Notes under the pieces: generated by a model
What the model was told of the DNA's origin: nothing
Database searches by the model: none
Seen by the model: only the letters and a program-made list of their open reading frames with translations
Origin: Vibrio alginolyticus NBRC 15630 = ATCC 17749
GTDB taxonomy: Bacteria > Pseudomonadota > Gammaproteobacteria > Enterobacterales > Vibrionaceae
Direction of reading: 5' to 3'
NCBI RefSeq assembly: GCF_000354175.2
Contig: NC_022349.1
Span: 1,680,001 to 1,712,000, forward strand
DNA: 32,000 bases
Translations under genes and position numbers: made by a program
Shown: piece after piece, positions 9,013 to 19,042 of the stretch
Position numbering within the stretch: the stretch's first letter is position 1
Layout of the letters: each line of letters begins with the position of its first letter

Positions 9013-10932
9013 ATGGAATATCGTGTTGATCTCGTAGTCCTTTCTGAGCAGAAACAAAACTGCCGCTTTGGCCTCACCTTTCATAACTTGAGCGACCAAG
9101 ACCTAAACAGCTGGAGCTTAACTTTCGCTTTCGATCGTTACATTCTTCCAGACAGCGTTTCAAATGGTCAACTGACTCAAATTGGTAGTTTTTGCACACT
9201 TAAACCAGAAGGGGTGGTACTGGCTGCCAACCATCACTATTACTGTGAATTCAGTATTGGTTCGAACCCATTCCGTTATTACTCGGATGGCTTTAACGAA
9301 GCGATGATCAACTTTGTCGTTGATGGAAACCCACAGCGCGCACAAGTGGATGTCACGCCTATCGTATTAGCTTCACCATACCGTGAACGCAGTGAGATTC
9401 CGGCAAGTTTAACCCATGCACAGCCCTTGCTGCCAAAACCAAACCATATTGAGGTCAGCGATCACTATTTTAGCTTTGATCATCATGCTGGCGTCGCGGT
9501 CTATTCAAGCCTGGCCAATTCAGCTAAAGAATGGCTACTTGAAGAGCTTAAGCGCATTCACCAATTTGAGTTCGCATCAGACAATGGCAGTCAGATCATC
9601 TTCAAAGGCAACCCAACCTTGGATGAAGGCGCTTACAAACTGAAAGTAGCCGAAGAGTCAATCCAAATTGAAGCAGGATCTTCGTCTGGTTTTACCCATG
9701 CTTGTGCAACGTTATTACAACTAATCAAAGTTGGCGATCAACCTAACTCAATGGAAGTAGTTTGTTGTTCAATCAAGGACAGGCCACGTTTTCGTTACCG
9801 CGGTATGATGCTGGATTGTGCTCGTCATTTTCACTCCGTTGAGCAAGTCAAACGCTTGATCAACCAACTGGCTCATTACAAGTTCAATACGTTCCATTGG
9901 CATCTTACCGACGATGAGGGTTGGCGAATTGAAATCAAATCACTGCCTCAACTGACCGATATTGGTGCTTGGCGCGGATTGGATGAGATCAATGAACCAC
10001 AGTACACGCACTTTGATGAACGTTACGGCGGCTTCTACACGCAAGAAGACATCAAAGACGTTATCGAATTTGCATCGCAACGCGGCATCACCATCATTCC
10101 TGAAATTGATGTACCTGGTCATTGCCGAGCCGCCATCAAGTCGTTACCACACCTATTGGTAGAAGCGGAAGATACCACCGAATACCGCAGTATTCAGCAT
10201 TACAACGACAACGTCATTAACCCTGCTCTGCCGGGGAGTTATGAATTTATCGACAAAGTGCTAGAAGAGGTCTCTGCGCTTTTTCCTGCGCCTTACGTTC
10301 ATATTGGTGCCGACGAAGTACCTAACGGCGTATGGTCAAAAAGCCCAGCATGCCAAGCACTAATGGAACAACTGGGTTACAGCGACTACAAAGATTTGCA
10401 AGGACACTTCTTGCGTTATGCCGAAGACAAACTTCGTAAATTGGGCAAACGCATGCTGGGCTGGGAAGAAGCTCAACACGGCGACAAAGTCAGTAAAGAT
10501 ACGGTGATCTACTCATGGCTAAGCGAAGAAGCGGCATTGAACTGTGCTCGCCAAGGCTTTGATGTGGTGCTGCAACCAGCACAAACCACTTACCTAGATA
10601 TGACCCAAGACTACGCACCTGAAGAACCGGGCGTGGACTGGGCAAACCCACTGCCACTAGAAAAAGCTTACAACTACGAGCCGCTCGCTGAAGTGCCTGC
10701 TGACGACCCAATACGTAAGCGCATTTGGGGCATTCAAACAGCATTATGGTGCGAAATTATCAATAACCAACCTCGCATGGACTACATGATCTTCCCTCGT
10801 TTAACTGCAATGGCAGAAGCATGTTGGACAGACAAACAACACCGAGATTGGACCGACTATTTATCACGCTTGAAAGGCCATCTACCTCTGCTTGATTTGC
10901 AGGGAGTGAATTACCGTAAACCGTGGAAGTAA
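9013..10932 (+). CDS. Cytoplasmic GH20 beta-N-acetylhexosaminidase (chitobiase)
   Basis: 639 aa with no signal peptide. GH20 motifs are HWHLTDDEGWR and the catalytic pair in HIGADEVP. An N-terminal CHB_HEX-like domain is present. Confidence 0.94.
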   Translation: MEYRVDLVVLSEQKQNCRFGLTFHNLSDQDLNSWSLTFAFDRYILPDSVSNGQLTQIGSFCTLKPEGVVLAANHHYYCEFSIGSNPFRYYSDGFNEAMINFVVDGNPQRAQVDVTPIVLASPYRERSEIPASLTHAQPLLPKPNHIEVSDHYFSFDHHAGVAVYSSLANSAKEWLLEELKRIHQFEFASDNGSQIIFKGNPTLDEGAYKLKVAEESIQIEAGSSSGFTHACATLLQLIKVGDQPNSMEVVCCSIKDRPRFRYRGMMLDCARHFHSVEQVKRLINQLAHYKFNTFHWHLTDDEGWRIEIKSLPQLTDIGAWRGLDEINEPQYTHFDERYGGFYTQEDIKDVIEFASQRGITIIPEIDVPGHCRAAIKSLPHLLVEAEDTTEYRSIQHYNDNVINPALPGSYEFIDKVLEEVSALFPAPYVHIGADEVPNGVWSKSPACQALMEQLGYSDYKDLQGHFLRYAEDKLRKLGKRMLGWEEAQHGDKVSKDTVIYSWLSEEAALNCARQGFDVVLQPAQTTYLDMTQDYAPEEPGVDWANPLPLEKAYNYEPLAEVPADDPIRKRIWGIQTALWCEIINNQPRMDYMIFPRLTAMAEACWTDKQHRDWTDYLSRLKGHLPLLDLQGVNYRKPWK

Positions 10933-11016
10933 TACAAAACTGATGTCGAAACATCACGCTTGAAGAGTTTTTAAATTTTGGCTGCTGATGCAGCTTCGTA
11001 AAAAGGAAAGACACAA

Positions 11017-13425
11017 ATGAAATACGGCTATTTCGATAACGAGAATCGCGAATACGTCATCACTCGCCCTGACGTACCAGCACCATGGACCAACTACCTA
11101 GGTACTGAGAAGTTCTGTACGGTTATCTCGCACAACGCGGGTGGCTACTCGTTCTACAACTCTCCAGAATACAACCGTGTTACTAAATTCCGTCCAAATG
11201 CGACATTCGATCGCCCAGGACACTACGTTTACTTGCGTGATGATGAGACAGGTGATTACTGGTCAATCTCTTGGCAACCAGTTGCGAAGAGCCTAGATGA
11301 AGCAAACTACGAAGTTCGTCACGGCTTGTCTTACTCTAAGTTCAAATGTGAATACAGCGGTATTACCGCAACAAAAACTCTGTTCGTGCCAAAAGGCGAA
11401 GACGCTGAAATCTGGGATGTAGTGATTAAAAACACCTCTGACAAACCACGTACGATCAGTGCATTCTCATTTGTTGAGTTCTCATTCAGCCACATTCAGT
11501 CTGATAACCAAAACCATCAGATGTCTCTGTACTCGGCAGGTACGGCTTACAACGAAGGCGTGATAGAGTACGACCTGTACTACAACACCAACGATTTCGA
11601 AGGCTTCTACTACCTAGCTTCAACATTTGACCCAGATTCATACGACGGCCAACGTGACAGCTTCCTAGGCCTATACCGTGACGAAGCAAACCCGTTAGCG
11701 GTAGAACAAGGTAAGTGTTTCAATACAGCGCAAACTTGTTACAACCATTGTGGCTCTCTGCACAAGCAATTCACTATCCAGCCGGGTGAAGAAGTTCGCT
11801 TTGCTTACATTCTAGGTATCGGTAAAGGCAATGGTGACCGTCTACGTGCTAAGTACCAAGACCTTGCAGAAGTCGACAATGCATTTGCGGGTATCAAAGC
11901 ACACTGGGATGAGCGTTGTGGCAAGTTCCAAGTGAAATCACCAAACGAAGGTCTAGATACCATGATCAACGCTTGGACCCTATACCAAGCAGAAACGTGT
12001 GTGGTGTGGTCTCGTTTTGCTTCATTCATCGAAGTGGGTGGTCGTACAGGTCTTGGTTACCGCGATACAGCGCAAGATGCAATCTCAGTTCCTCACGCTA
12101 ACCCAGCAATGACGCGCAAACGTATCGTTGACTTACTGCGCGGCCAAGTAAAAGCGGGCTACGGTCTACACCTATTCGATCCAGATTGGTTTGATCCAGA
12201 AAAAGCGGATGTTAAACCATCTAAATCTCCAACCGTAGTTCCAACACCTTCTGATGAAGACAAAATTCACGGCATCGAAGACACTTGTTCCGATGACCAT
12301 CTATGGCTAGTTCCAACCATCTGTAAGTACGTGATGGAAACCGGTGAGCACAGCTTCTTCGACGAAGTGATCCCTTACGCCGACGGTGGCGATGCAACGG
12401 TTTATGACCACATGAAAGCCGCGCTAGACTTCTCGGCTGAATACGTAGGTCAAACCGGTATCTGTAAAGGTCTGCGTGCAGACTGGAACGACTGTCTGAA
12501 CCTAGGTGGCGGCGAATCTTCAATGGTGTCGTTCCTACATTTCTGGGCACTGCAGGAGTTCATCGACCTAGCGAAATACCTAGGTAAGGAAGCCGACGTT
12601 GAAAAATACACCGAGATGGCAGCAAACGTTCGTGAAGCGTGTGAAACCCACCTTTGGGATGACGAAGGTGGTTGGTACATCCGTGGTCTGACGAAGAATG
12701 GCGACAAGATCGGTACTGCGCAACAAGCGGAAGGCCGAGTACACCTAGAGTCAAACACACTTGCGGTACTTTCTGGTGCGGTATCTCAAGAGCGTGGCGA
12801 AAAAGCGATGGACGCTGTCGATGAGAACCTGTTCTCTGAATACGGCCTTCACCTAAACTCACCATCTTTTGCAACACCGAATGATGATATCGGCTTCGTA
12901 ACTCGTGTTTACCAAGGCGTAAAAGAGAACGGTGCGATATTCTCGCATCCAAACCCATGGGCTTGGGTAGCTGAAGCGAAACTGGGTCGTGGTGATCGTG
13001 CAATGAAGTTCTACGATGCGCTAAACCCATACAACCAGAACGACATCATCGAAAAACGTATTGCAGAACCATACTCATACGTACAGTTCATCATGGGTCG
13101 TGACCACCAAGACCACGGTCGTGCAAACCACCCATGGTTAACAGGTACGTCAGGCTGGGCTTACTTCGCTGTTACCAACTTTATCCTTGGTGTGCGTACA
13201 GGCTTCGATGGCCTAACTATCGATCCATGTATCCCAACGAACTGGCCTGGTTTCGAAGTGACTCGTCAATGGCTAGGTGCAACGTACAACATCAAAGTCG
13301 TTAACCCAGACTCAGTAAGCAAAGGCGTTAAGTCGATTACTGTGAACGGTGAAGCAGTGAATGGTGCCTCTGTCCCAGTTCAAGCGGAAGGTTCAGTAAA
13401 CGAAGTTATCGTTACTCTAGGTTAA
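11017..13425 (+). CDS. chbP: GH94 N,N'-diacetylchitobiose phosphorylase
   Basis: 802 aa, the length typical of cellobiose/chitobiose phosphorylases. It has the catalytic-region motif GLRADWNDCLNLGG. The operon context (kinase, GH20, mutase) specifies chitobiose as substrate. Confidence 0.94.
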   Translation: MKYGYFDNENREYVITRPDVPAPWTNYLGTEKFCTVISHNAGGYSFYNSPEYNRVTKFRPNATFDRPGHYVYLRDDETGDYWSISWQPVAKSLDEANYEVRHGLSYSKFKCEYSGITATKTLFVPKGEDAEIWDVVIKNTSDKPRTISAFSFVEFSFSHIQSDNQNHQMSLYSAGTAYNEGVIEYDLYYNTNDFEGFYYLASTFDPDSYDGQRDSFLGLYRDEANPLAVEQGKCFNTAQTCYNHCGSLHKQFTIQPGEEVRFAYILGIGKGNGDRLRAKYQDLAEVDNAFAGIKAHWDERCGKFQVKSPNEGLDTMINAWTLYQAETCVVWSRFASFIEVGGRTGLGYRDTAQDAISVPHANPAMTRKRIVDLLRGQVKAGYGLHLFDPDWFDPEKADVKPSKSPTVVPTPSDEDKIHGIEDTCSDDHLWLVPTICKYVMETGEHSFFDEVIPYADGGDATVYDHMKAALDFSAEYVGQTGICKGLRADWNDCLNLGGGESSMVSFLHFWALQEFIDLAKYLGKEADVEKYTEMAANVREACETHLWDDEGGWYIRGLTKNGDKIGTAQQAEGRVHLESNTLAVLSGAVSQERGEKAMDAVDENLFSEYGLHLNSPSFATPNDDIGFVTRVYQGVKENGAIFSHPNPWAWVAEAKLGRGDRAMKFYDALNPYNQNDIIEKRIAEPYSYVQFIMGRDHQDHGRANHPWLTGTSGWAYFAVTNFILGVRTGFDGLTIDPCIPTNWPGFEVTRQWLGATYNIKVVNPDSVSKGVKSITVNGEAVNGASVPVQAEGSVNEVIVTLG

Positions 13426-13434
13426 TCATCTTTT

Positions 13435-13461
13435 AGGGGAGTCCTTCTCCCCTTTTGATTT
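13435..13461 (+). terminator. Terminator-like hairpin directly after chbP
   Basis: AGGGGAG (13435-13441) pairs with CTCCCCT (13447-13453), with loop TCCTT. The tail is TTTGATTT. Confidence 0.5.
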
Positions 13462-13550
13462 ATCCGGTGCATTTATGTTTTACAAGTGCATCGGTTCGCT
13501 AGCAAAGATTTAAGACGCGGTGGGATGCCGCTCTTATCGAGGATCGAATC

Positions 13551-14963
13551 ATGATCAAATTTGGTACAGGCGGTTGGCGTGCATTTATCGGTGAGGAGTT
13601 CACTAAAGATAACGTACGCTTGGTTGCCCAAGCAGTTGCAAACATCACGAATAACGAATCGGTTGCTGATCGCGGTTTTGTGATTGGCTATGACCGTCGT
13701 TTTCTTTCCGATAAAGCAGGTCGTTGGTTCGCTGAAGTTCTAGCAGCAAACGGCATTGTGGTCAGCTTTATCGACAAATTTGTCCCAACACCTATCGTAA
13801 TGTTTAAAGCGAAAGAAATGGGCTGCGCATACTCGGCATGTATTACCGCATCACACAACCCTGCCGATTACAACGGCATTAAAGTCTTCATTGAAGGCGG
13901 TCGTGACGCAGATGAAATCATCACCCAAAAAATCGAATCACAAATAGACGCGCTCACTGCGCAAGATGTAAAAAGCGTCGACTTTGAACAAGCGGTTGAA
14001 GATAAGCTGATTGAAATCATCAATCCGATGAACGAATTCGTTGACTCAATCATCGACTTTATCGACATCGGAGCGATCAAGAAGGCGAATTTACGTGTTT
14101 TGATCGACCCAATGTTTGGTGTCGCGAAAAACGCACTGCAAACCGTATTAATCAACGGCCGCTGTGACGTTGATGTGATTAACGATGGCAAAAACCCAGA
14201 TTTCGGTGGGTTAATGCCTTCGCCAAGCGCTGCAACACTCTACCGTTTGATGCACCTAGTGAAAGAGCAAGGTTACGATATTGGCATCGGTACTGATGGC
14301 GATGCGGACCGTCTTGGTATTATCGACGAAAAAGGTAACTTCATTCATCCAAATGAAGTGCTACTGCTGCTTTACTACTACCTACTTGAATACAAAGGCT
14401 GGAAAGGCTCCGTGGTACGTAACATCGCAACCACCCACCTTCTCGATAAAGTCGCCGAAGATCATGGCGAGAAATGCTTTGAGGTTCCTGTAGGCTTTAA
14501 GCACATCAGCTCCCAAATGGAAGCGGATGACTCACTGATTGGCGGGGAAAGCTCAGGCGGCCTAACCATTCGCGGCCACATCAAAGGTAAAGACGGCGTA
14601 TTCGCATCAAGCCTATTGGTAGAAATGATTTCAGCAACCGGCAAGAAGCTGTCTGAGTTGCTGGATGAAATCTACGGCAAGTACGGCTATGCCTACATGG
14701 CAGAAGGCGATTGTAAGTTCAAACCAGCGCAAAAAGACGTTCTGTTCAACAAGATTTATGTTGAAAAGCAGTTGCCTGAGTTTGAGTTTGAAATCGAAAA
14801 AGTCAGCTATGAAGATGGTGCGAAAGTCTACTTCAAAAACGGCGGTTGGATCATCGCCCGCTTCTCTGGCACTGAGCCACTGCTACGAATTTTTGCAGAG
14901 ATGCAAGATAAGGACACTGCGGAACGTGTTCTTCAACAGTTTAAAGACTTCTTGTCTTTATAA
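13551..14963 (+). CDS. alpha-D-phosphohexomutase (PGM/PMM family), presumed GlcNAc-1-P to GlcNAc-6-P mutase
   Basis: 470 aa. It has the phosphoserine loop TASHNPADYNG, the Mg site GTDGDADR and the sugar loop GGESSGG. It follows the phosphorylase that produces GlcNAc-1-P. Confidence 0.92.
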   Translation: MIKFGTGGWRAFIGEEFTKDNVRLVAQAVANITNNESVADRGFVIGYDRRFLSDKAGRWFAEVLAANGIVVSFIDKFVPTPIVMFKAKEMGCAYSACITASHNPADYNGIKVFIEGGRDADEIITQKIESQIDALTAQDVKSVDFEQAVEDKLIEIINPMNEFVDSIIDFIDIGAIKKANLRVLIDPMFGVAKNALQTVLINGRCDVDVINDGKNPDFGGLMPSPSAATLYRLMHLVKEQGYDIGIGTDGDADRLGIIDEKGNFIHPNEVLLLLYYYLLEYKGWKGSVVRNIATTHLLDKVAEDHGEKCFEVPVGFKHISSQMEADDSLIGGESSGGLTIRGHIKGKDGVFASSLLVEMISATGKKLSELLDEIYGKYGYAYMAEGDCKFKPAQKDVLFNKIYVEKQLPEFEFEIEKVSYEDGAKVYFKNGGWIIARFSGTEPLLRIFAEMQDKDTAERVLQQFKDFLSL

Positions 14964-15045
14964 CTGAACCTTGTGCCCGCTTCGAGCACTATGATGAGAG
15001 TCGACGCTGTCTGAAAAGGCGCTCATCAACAGGAGAAGAGCACTT

Positions 15046-15073
15046 GCCCGGCTCCACTGCCGGGCTTTTTTAT
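15046..15073 (+). terminator. Rho-independent terminator of the chb operon
   Basis: GCCCGGC (15046-15052) pairs with GCCGGGC (15059-15065), with loop TCCACT, followed by TTTTTTATT. There is no U-tract on the opposite strand, so it is essentially unidirectional. Confidence 0.85.
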
Positions 15074-15120
15074 TGTATGTTGGAAAGTCGTAAACGAGAT
15101 AGCAAAGATACTCAGGAGCG

Positions 15121-16152
15121 TTAAGCAAATGCCAGGACGCCTTGCGTTTCAATTTTCACCGCGACGGACTCACCTATATTTAATGCTTGCGAAGCTGTAG
15201 CTAACAAACGATCACCATTCGCGTTAATCACATAACGGCAGTGATCACCCATAAAATGCTGTTCCAATACGGTTACCGAACTATCTTCATCGGATTGAAT
15301 TTGCACATGCTGCGGTCTTAGCAGTAAAGAGCACTCCGCCTGTACTGGAATATCTTGTTGAGCCGTGGCTTCAACCACGCCCAAGTGGGTTTCATATTCT
15401 GAATTCGAAACTCGTTTAGCAGCAAGGTAACTGCCACCACCTAAGAAATCAGCGACAAATTTACTTGAAGGTTGGTAGTAAAGCTCAGATGCTGTGCCAT
15501 ATTGCTCGATGACTCCATTGTTCATCACTGCCATTTTATCGGCGAAAGCAAAAGCCTCTTCACGGCTATGCGTAACAAAAATGGCAGTCACACCTTGGGC
15601 CTTAAAAATCTTACGGATCTCACTTATCAACTCATGGCGAACTTGCGTATCAATATTAGAAAACGGTTCATCCAGTAACAGTAAGTCTGGGCTGTAAGCT
15701 AATGAGCGAGCAATCGCAACACGTTGCTGCTGTCCACCAGACAATTGATGAGGATAACGATCGCCATAACCTTGAAGGTGCACGAGTTCTAACATTTCTT
15801 GAACTTTGGCATTTTTCTCTTTTGTCGAGCTCTGCTTTAAGCCAAAGGCAATGTTTTGCGCCACCGTCAAGTGAGGAAAAAGTGCGTAATCTTGGAAAAT
15901 CATCCCTATGTTACGCTGTTCTGGCGGCAACCAGTTTTCCCCATCATCAATTGTGACGCAATTTAGACTCATTTCGCCTGACGTTAACGGCAATAATCCC
16001 GCAACGGCCTTTAATAGTGTTGTTTTCCCACAGCCACTAGCTCCTAGCAAACAGACAATCTGCCCTTGTTCTACCTCAAGAGACAATGATTCGAGTACAG
16101 TTTGATCATCATATTGGCACGTTAGGTTTTTAATTGATAATGCACAGCTCAT
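15121..16152 (-). CDS. fbpC: Fe(3+) ABC transporter ATP-binding protein
   Basis: 343 aa. Walker A is GASGCGKTT, the signature is LSGGQQQRVA and Walker B is LLLLDEP. A C-terminal TOBE-like domain is present. Its ATG overlaps the fbpB stop (TGATG). Confidence 0.93.
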   Translation of the reverse strand: MSCALSIKNLTCQYDDQTVLESLSLEVEQGQIVCLLGASGCGKTTLLKAVAGLLPLTSGEMSLNCVTIDDGENWLPPEQRNIGMIFQDYALFPHLTVAQNIAFGLKQSSTKEKNAKVQEMLELVHLQGYGDRYPHQLSGGQQQRVAIARSLAYSPDLLLLDEPFSNIDTQVRHELISEIRKIFKAQGVTAIFVTHSREEAFAFADKMAVMNNGVIEQYGTASELYYQPSSKFVADFLGGGSYLAAKRVSNSEYETHLGVVEATAQQDIPVQAECSLLLRPQHVQIQSDEDSSVTVLEQHFMGDHCRYVINANGDRLLATASQALNIGESVAVKIETQGVLAFA

Positions 16153-17777
16153 CAGTGATTTTGCTCCAGTGAACGGTTAACAACAACAAGCGGGATCAAC
16201 CCAACAAGAACCAACAGGACCGCTGGCAAAGCGGCCAATTCTAAATGCTCATCCGAGGCGAAGTTATAAACGTATGTGGCTAGTGTTTCAAAGTTAAACG
16301 GACGAAGTAACAAAGCCGCATTGAGCTCTTTCATTGACTCGATAAACACTAATAAAGCCGCAATCAGTGCACCGCGCTTAACCAGCGGAAAGTGCACGCG
16401 CCACAGCATGACATTGGGCTTACAACCCATAGTGCGCGATGCCATATCTAACGACGGAGAAATTTTATTTAAATTACTCTCGATACTACCAATCGCTACC
16501 GCGGAAAAGCGCACAACCATGGCAAATACTAGTGCGAACATGGAACCAGAAAAAATAAGTCCCGGTCTTCCCCACTCCATGGCTTTAGCAACGTCGTTGA
16601 CACGATGATCCATAAACAGCACAGCGACCATCACACCGATGGCTAGTACCGTTCCTGGTACTGCATAACCCATAGAAGAAAGACGCATAAATGCCAAGCT
16701 TTCTCGTTTACCATTGACTCGATGGGTAAAGTTAACGATCAGTGCGACAGCGACACCAATAATCGCAGCAATAACAGACACAACTAAGCTATTCCATGCG
16801 TATTCACGAAACTCTGAGGTCCAACTCTGCGCAAAATAAGTGATCGCATAATCAATCAGCTGTAGTAGCGGCAAAATAAACGCGACCGAAACCAAGCCCC
16901 AGCACCAAACTAGTGCGGTCCACTTTTTCCAGCCCGTCAACTCGTAACGAAAATCTTCGTGACTGTTAAATTGGCTTTGAAAAAGCTTTTGTTTACGGCG
17001 GCTGTATCGTTCTGCACTAAGAAGCAGTACTACAATGACGAGCATCATGGCAGAAATCTTGGCTGCCGCATTAAGATTAGAGTACCCCAACCAAGTATCG
17101 TAGACCGCTGTGGTTAACGTACTCACCGCGAAGTAACTTACCGTACCAAAGTCGCCAATGGTCTCCATTGCGACCAATGATAAACCCACTGCGATAGAGG
17201 GTCTTACTAACGGCATCGAGATGCGCCAAAAGCTTTCCCATGGAGAGCACTTGAGCAAACGCGCGCTTTGCAATAAAGAGACATTTTGCTCCATAAACGC
17301 AGCCCGGCACAATAAATACACGTAAGGATACAACACCAAAGCCAACACAAAGGTCGCACCAGGCAACGTACGAATGTCAGGGAACCAATACTCGCCAGGT
17401 CCCCATCCGGTTACATCACGCAAAAAGATTTGAATTGGACCTGCAAAATCAAACCAATCAGTAAAAATATAACCAATGATATAACCTGGCATTGCAAGAG
17501 GTAGTACCAATGCCCACTGCAACCATTTTTCGGTCGGCAGTTTACACATGGCCATTATCCAAGCGCTTGGAATACCAAGAATTAAGGACAGCACCATTAC
17601 GCCAACAGTTAGCGCAACCGTGTTAAAAATATAAGTCGGCATGACCGTTGCCATTAAATGAGCAAACAAATCATCCGTTTCACCAATCGCGGTGTAGAAG
17701 ATCGCTAAGATCGGCAAAACCAGTAGCAGAGTTATTACCCCACTACTGGTTTTCCATAAAGATTGTTTATCTTTCAT
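16152..17777 (-). CDS. fbpB: Fe(3+) ABC transporter permease (fused double permease)
   Basis: 541 aa, strongly hydrophobic, with two tandem permease modules. It is flanked by fbpA and fbpC. Confidence 0.92.
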   Translation of the reverse strand: MKDKQSLWKTSSGVITLLLVLPILAIFYTAIGETDDLFAHLMATVMPTYIFNTVALTVGVMVLSLILGIPSAWIMAMCKLPTEKWLQWALVLPLAMPGYIIGYIFTDWFDFAGPIQIFLRDVTGWGPGEYWFPDIRTLPGATFVLALVLYPYVYLLCRAAFMEQNVSLLQSARLLKCSPWESFWRISMPLVRPSIAVGLSLVAMETIGDFGTVSYFAVSTLTTAVYDTWLGYSNLNAAAKISAMMLVIVVLLLSAERYSRRKQKLFQSQFNSHEDFRYELTGWKKWTALVWCWGLVSVAFILPLLQLIDYAITYFAQSWTSEFREYAWNSLVVSVIAAIIGVAVALIVNFTHRVNGKRESLAFMRLSSMGYAVPGTVLAIGVMVAVLFMDHRVNDVAKAMEWGRPGLIFSGSMFALVFAMVVRFSAVAIGSIESNLNKISPSLDMASRTMGCKPNVMLWRVHFPLVKRGALIAALLVFIESMKELNAALLLRPFNFETLATYVYNFASDEHLELAALPAVLLVLVGLIPLVVVNRSLEQNH

Positions 17778-17848
17778 CGCCTAATTACTGCAAGGCTGTA
17801 TGAAATACAAATGCTGTTGCAAATACATCTCATATCCTTTAATCAAAT

Positions 17849-17868
17849 GGGGGTACTGTTATACCCCC
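17849..17868 (-). other. Intercistronic stem-loop between fbpA and fbpB
   Basis: GGGGGTA (17849-17855) pairs with TACCCCC (17862-17868) around a 6-nt loop. On the minus strand it lies 9 nt after the fbpA stop and is followed by ATTTGATT, a weak U-tract. Confidence 0.45.
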
Positions 17869-17876
17869 ACAAGGAA

Positions 17877-18890
17877 TTAAAGGTCAAATTTCACTTCGTC
17901 TAATAGCTTAATTGCCGCTTCGTGGTTGGCTGCAATATCGTCTAGAGAAAGCTTGTCTGCTTTAAAGTCACCCCAAGATTCCACAAGCTCAGAACGCTTC
18001 ACGCCTTCTTTAACTGGGTACTCATAGTTAACTTCTGCGTACATTTGCTGCGCTTTGTCACCCGTTAGGAATTCCATTAGCTTCACAGCATTGTCTTTGT
18101 TTGGAGAGTACTTCGCCATCGCCATACCAGAGATATTCACGTGAGTGCCTGTAGTCTCTTGATTAGGGAAGTTGATGTAAACTGCATCAGCCCAAGCTTT
18201 TTGCTCTTTGTCGTTAACCATTTTACCTAGGTAGTAGCTGTTACCTAGAGAAACATCACATAGGCCTTCTTTGATCGCTTTAACTTGTGCACGATCGTTG
18301 CCTTGTGGTTTGCGAGCAAGGTTTGCTTTCACACCTTCCAACCACTCTTTGGTTTCTGCTTCGCCATTGTGAGCAATCATTGCTGAAACTAGAGAAACGT
18401 TGTACGGGTGCTTACCGCTACGAGTACAAATTTTACCTTTGAACTCTGGCTTAGCTAAGTCTGCGTAGTTGAAATCTGCGCCTAGTTTACCTACGCGATC
18501 ACGTGATGAATAAACGCTACGAGAACGTAGAGTTAGAGCAAACCACTCATTCTCTTTATCTTGGTATTGAGCAGGTACGTTTTCTTCAATGATTTTGCTA
18601 TCGACTTTCTGAACTAAACCTTTGTTTGTCAGTTCAGCTAGACGGCTGATGTCTGTCGTAAGAATAACGTCAGCAGGGCTGTACTCACCTTCTTGAGCTA
18701 GCTTTTCTGCTAAGCCTTTTTTAGCAAATTTTACGTTTACTTTGATACCAGTTTCTTTAGTGAACTCATTGAACATAGGTTCAACTAGGAAAGGTTGACG
18801 GTAAGAGTAGACGTTCACTTCTTCAGCAGCCATTGCTGTTGGAGCTAGAGTAGCGCAAGTTAGTGCTGAAAGAGTTAGCAGTTTTTTCAT
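17877..18890 (-). CDS. fbpA: Periplasmic ferric iron-binding protein
   Basis: 337 aa with signal peptide MKKLLTLSALTCATLAPTAMA/AEE. It has family-1 SBP (ferric binding protein) character. An AAGGA RBS lies upstream and a Fur box sits in the promoter. Confidence 0.93.
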   Translation of the reverse strand: MKKLLTLSALTCATLAPTAMAAEEVNVYSYRQPFLVEPMFNEFTKETGIKVNVKFAKKGLAEKLAQEGEYSPADVILTTDISRLAELTNKGLVQKVDSKIIEENVPAQYQDKENEWFALTLRSRSVYSSRDRVGKLGADFNYADLAKPEFKGKICTRSGKHPYNVSLVSAMIAHNGEAETKEWLEGVKANLARKPQGNDRAQVKAIKEGLCDVSLGNSYYLGKMVNDKEQKAWADAVYINFPNQETTGTHVNISGMAMAKYSPNKDNAVKLMEFLTGDKAQQMYAEVNYEYPVKEGVKRSELVESWGDFKADKLSLDDIAANHEAAIKLLDEVKFDL

Positions 18891-18908
18891 TGTTTAATCC
18901 TTTACCAT

Positions 18909-18927
18909 GCTAATGATAACGTTTATC
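18909..18927 (-). promoter_or_regulatory. Fur box in the fbpA promoter
   Basis: GCTAATGATAACGTTTATC matches the 19-bp Fur consensus GATAATGATAATCATTATC at 15 of 19 positions. A perfect minus-strand TATAAT lies at 18937-18942, just upstream. Confidence 0.65.
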
Positions 18928-18975
18928 AGTTGCGTTATTATATGTATGTTCAATAAGAAGACAATGACGAATATT

Positions 18976-19003
18976 AAAAAACCTGCTCATCGGAGCAGGT
19001 TTT
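18976..19003 (-). terminator. Rho-independent terminator after amtB
   Basis: CCTGCTC (18982-18988) pairs with GAGCAGG (18993-18999), with loop ATCG. It is flanked by an A6 run (plus strand), which reads as U6 on the amtB strand. TTTTATT on the other side also gives it bidirectional potential. Confidence 0.8.
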
Positions 19004-19042
19004 ATTGTGTTAAGTGTGTAACCATTTATTACAAGCTAATGA

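Noticed and set aside
12221-13030. Three overlapping-in-series antisense ORFs (109, 102 and 156 aa) opposite chbP
   Set aside because: They lie entirely inside a strongly supported 802-aa GH94 gene. Their products are Arg/Ser/His/Pro-rich and low-complexity, with no RBS or recognisable domain. This is typical of stop-codon-poor antisense frames of a codon-biased gene.
14958-15152. 64-aa minus-strand ORF spanning the chb/fbp convergent gap
   Set aside because: It runs straight through the chb terminator hairpin, overlaps the 3' ends of both flanking genes and has no RBS. I treat it as spurious.
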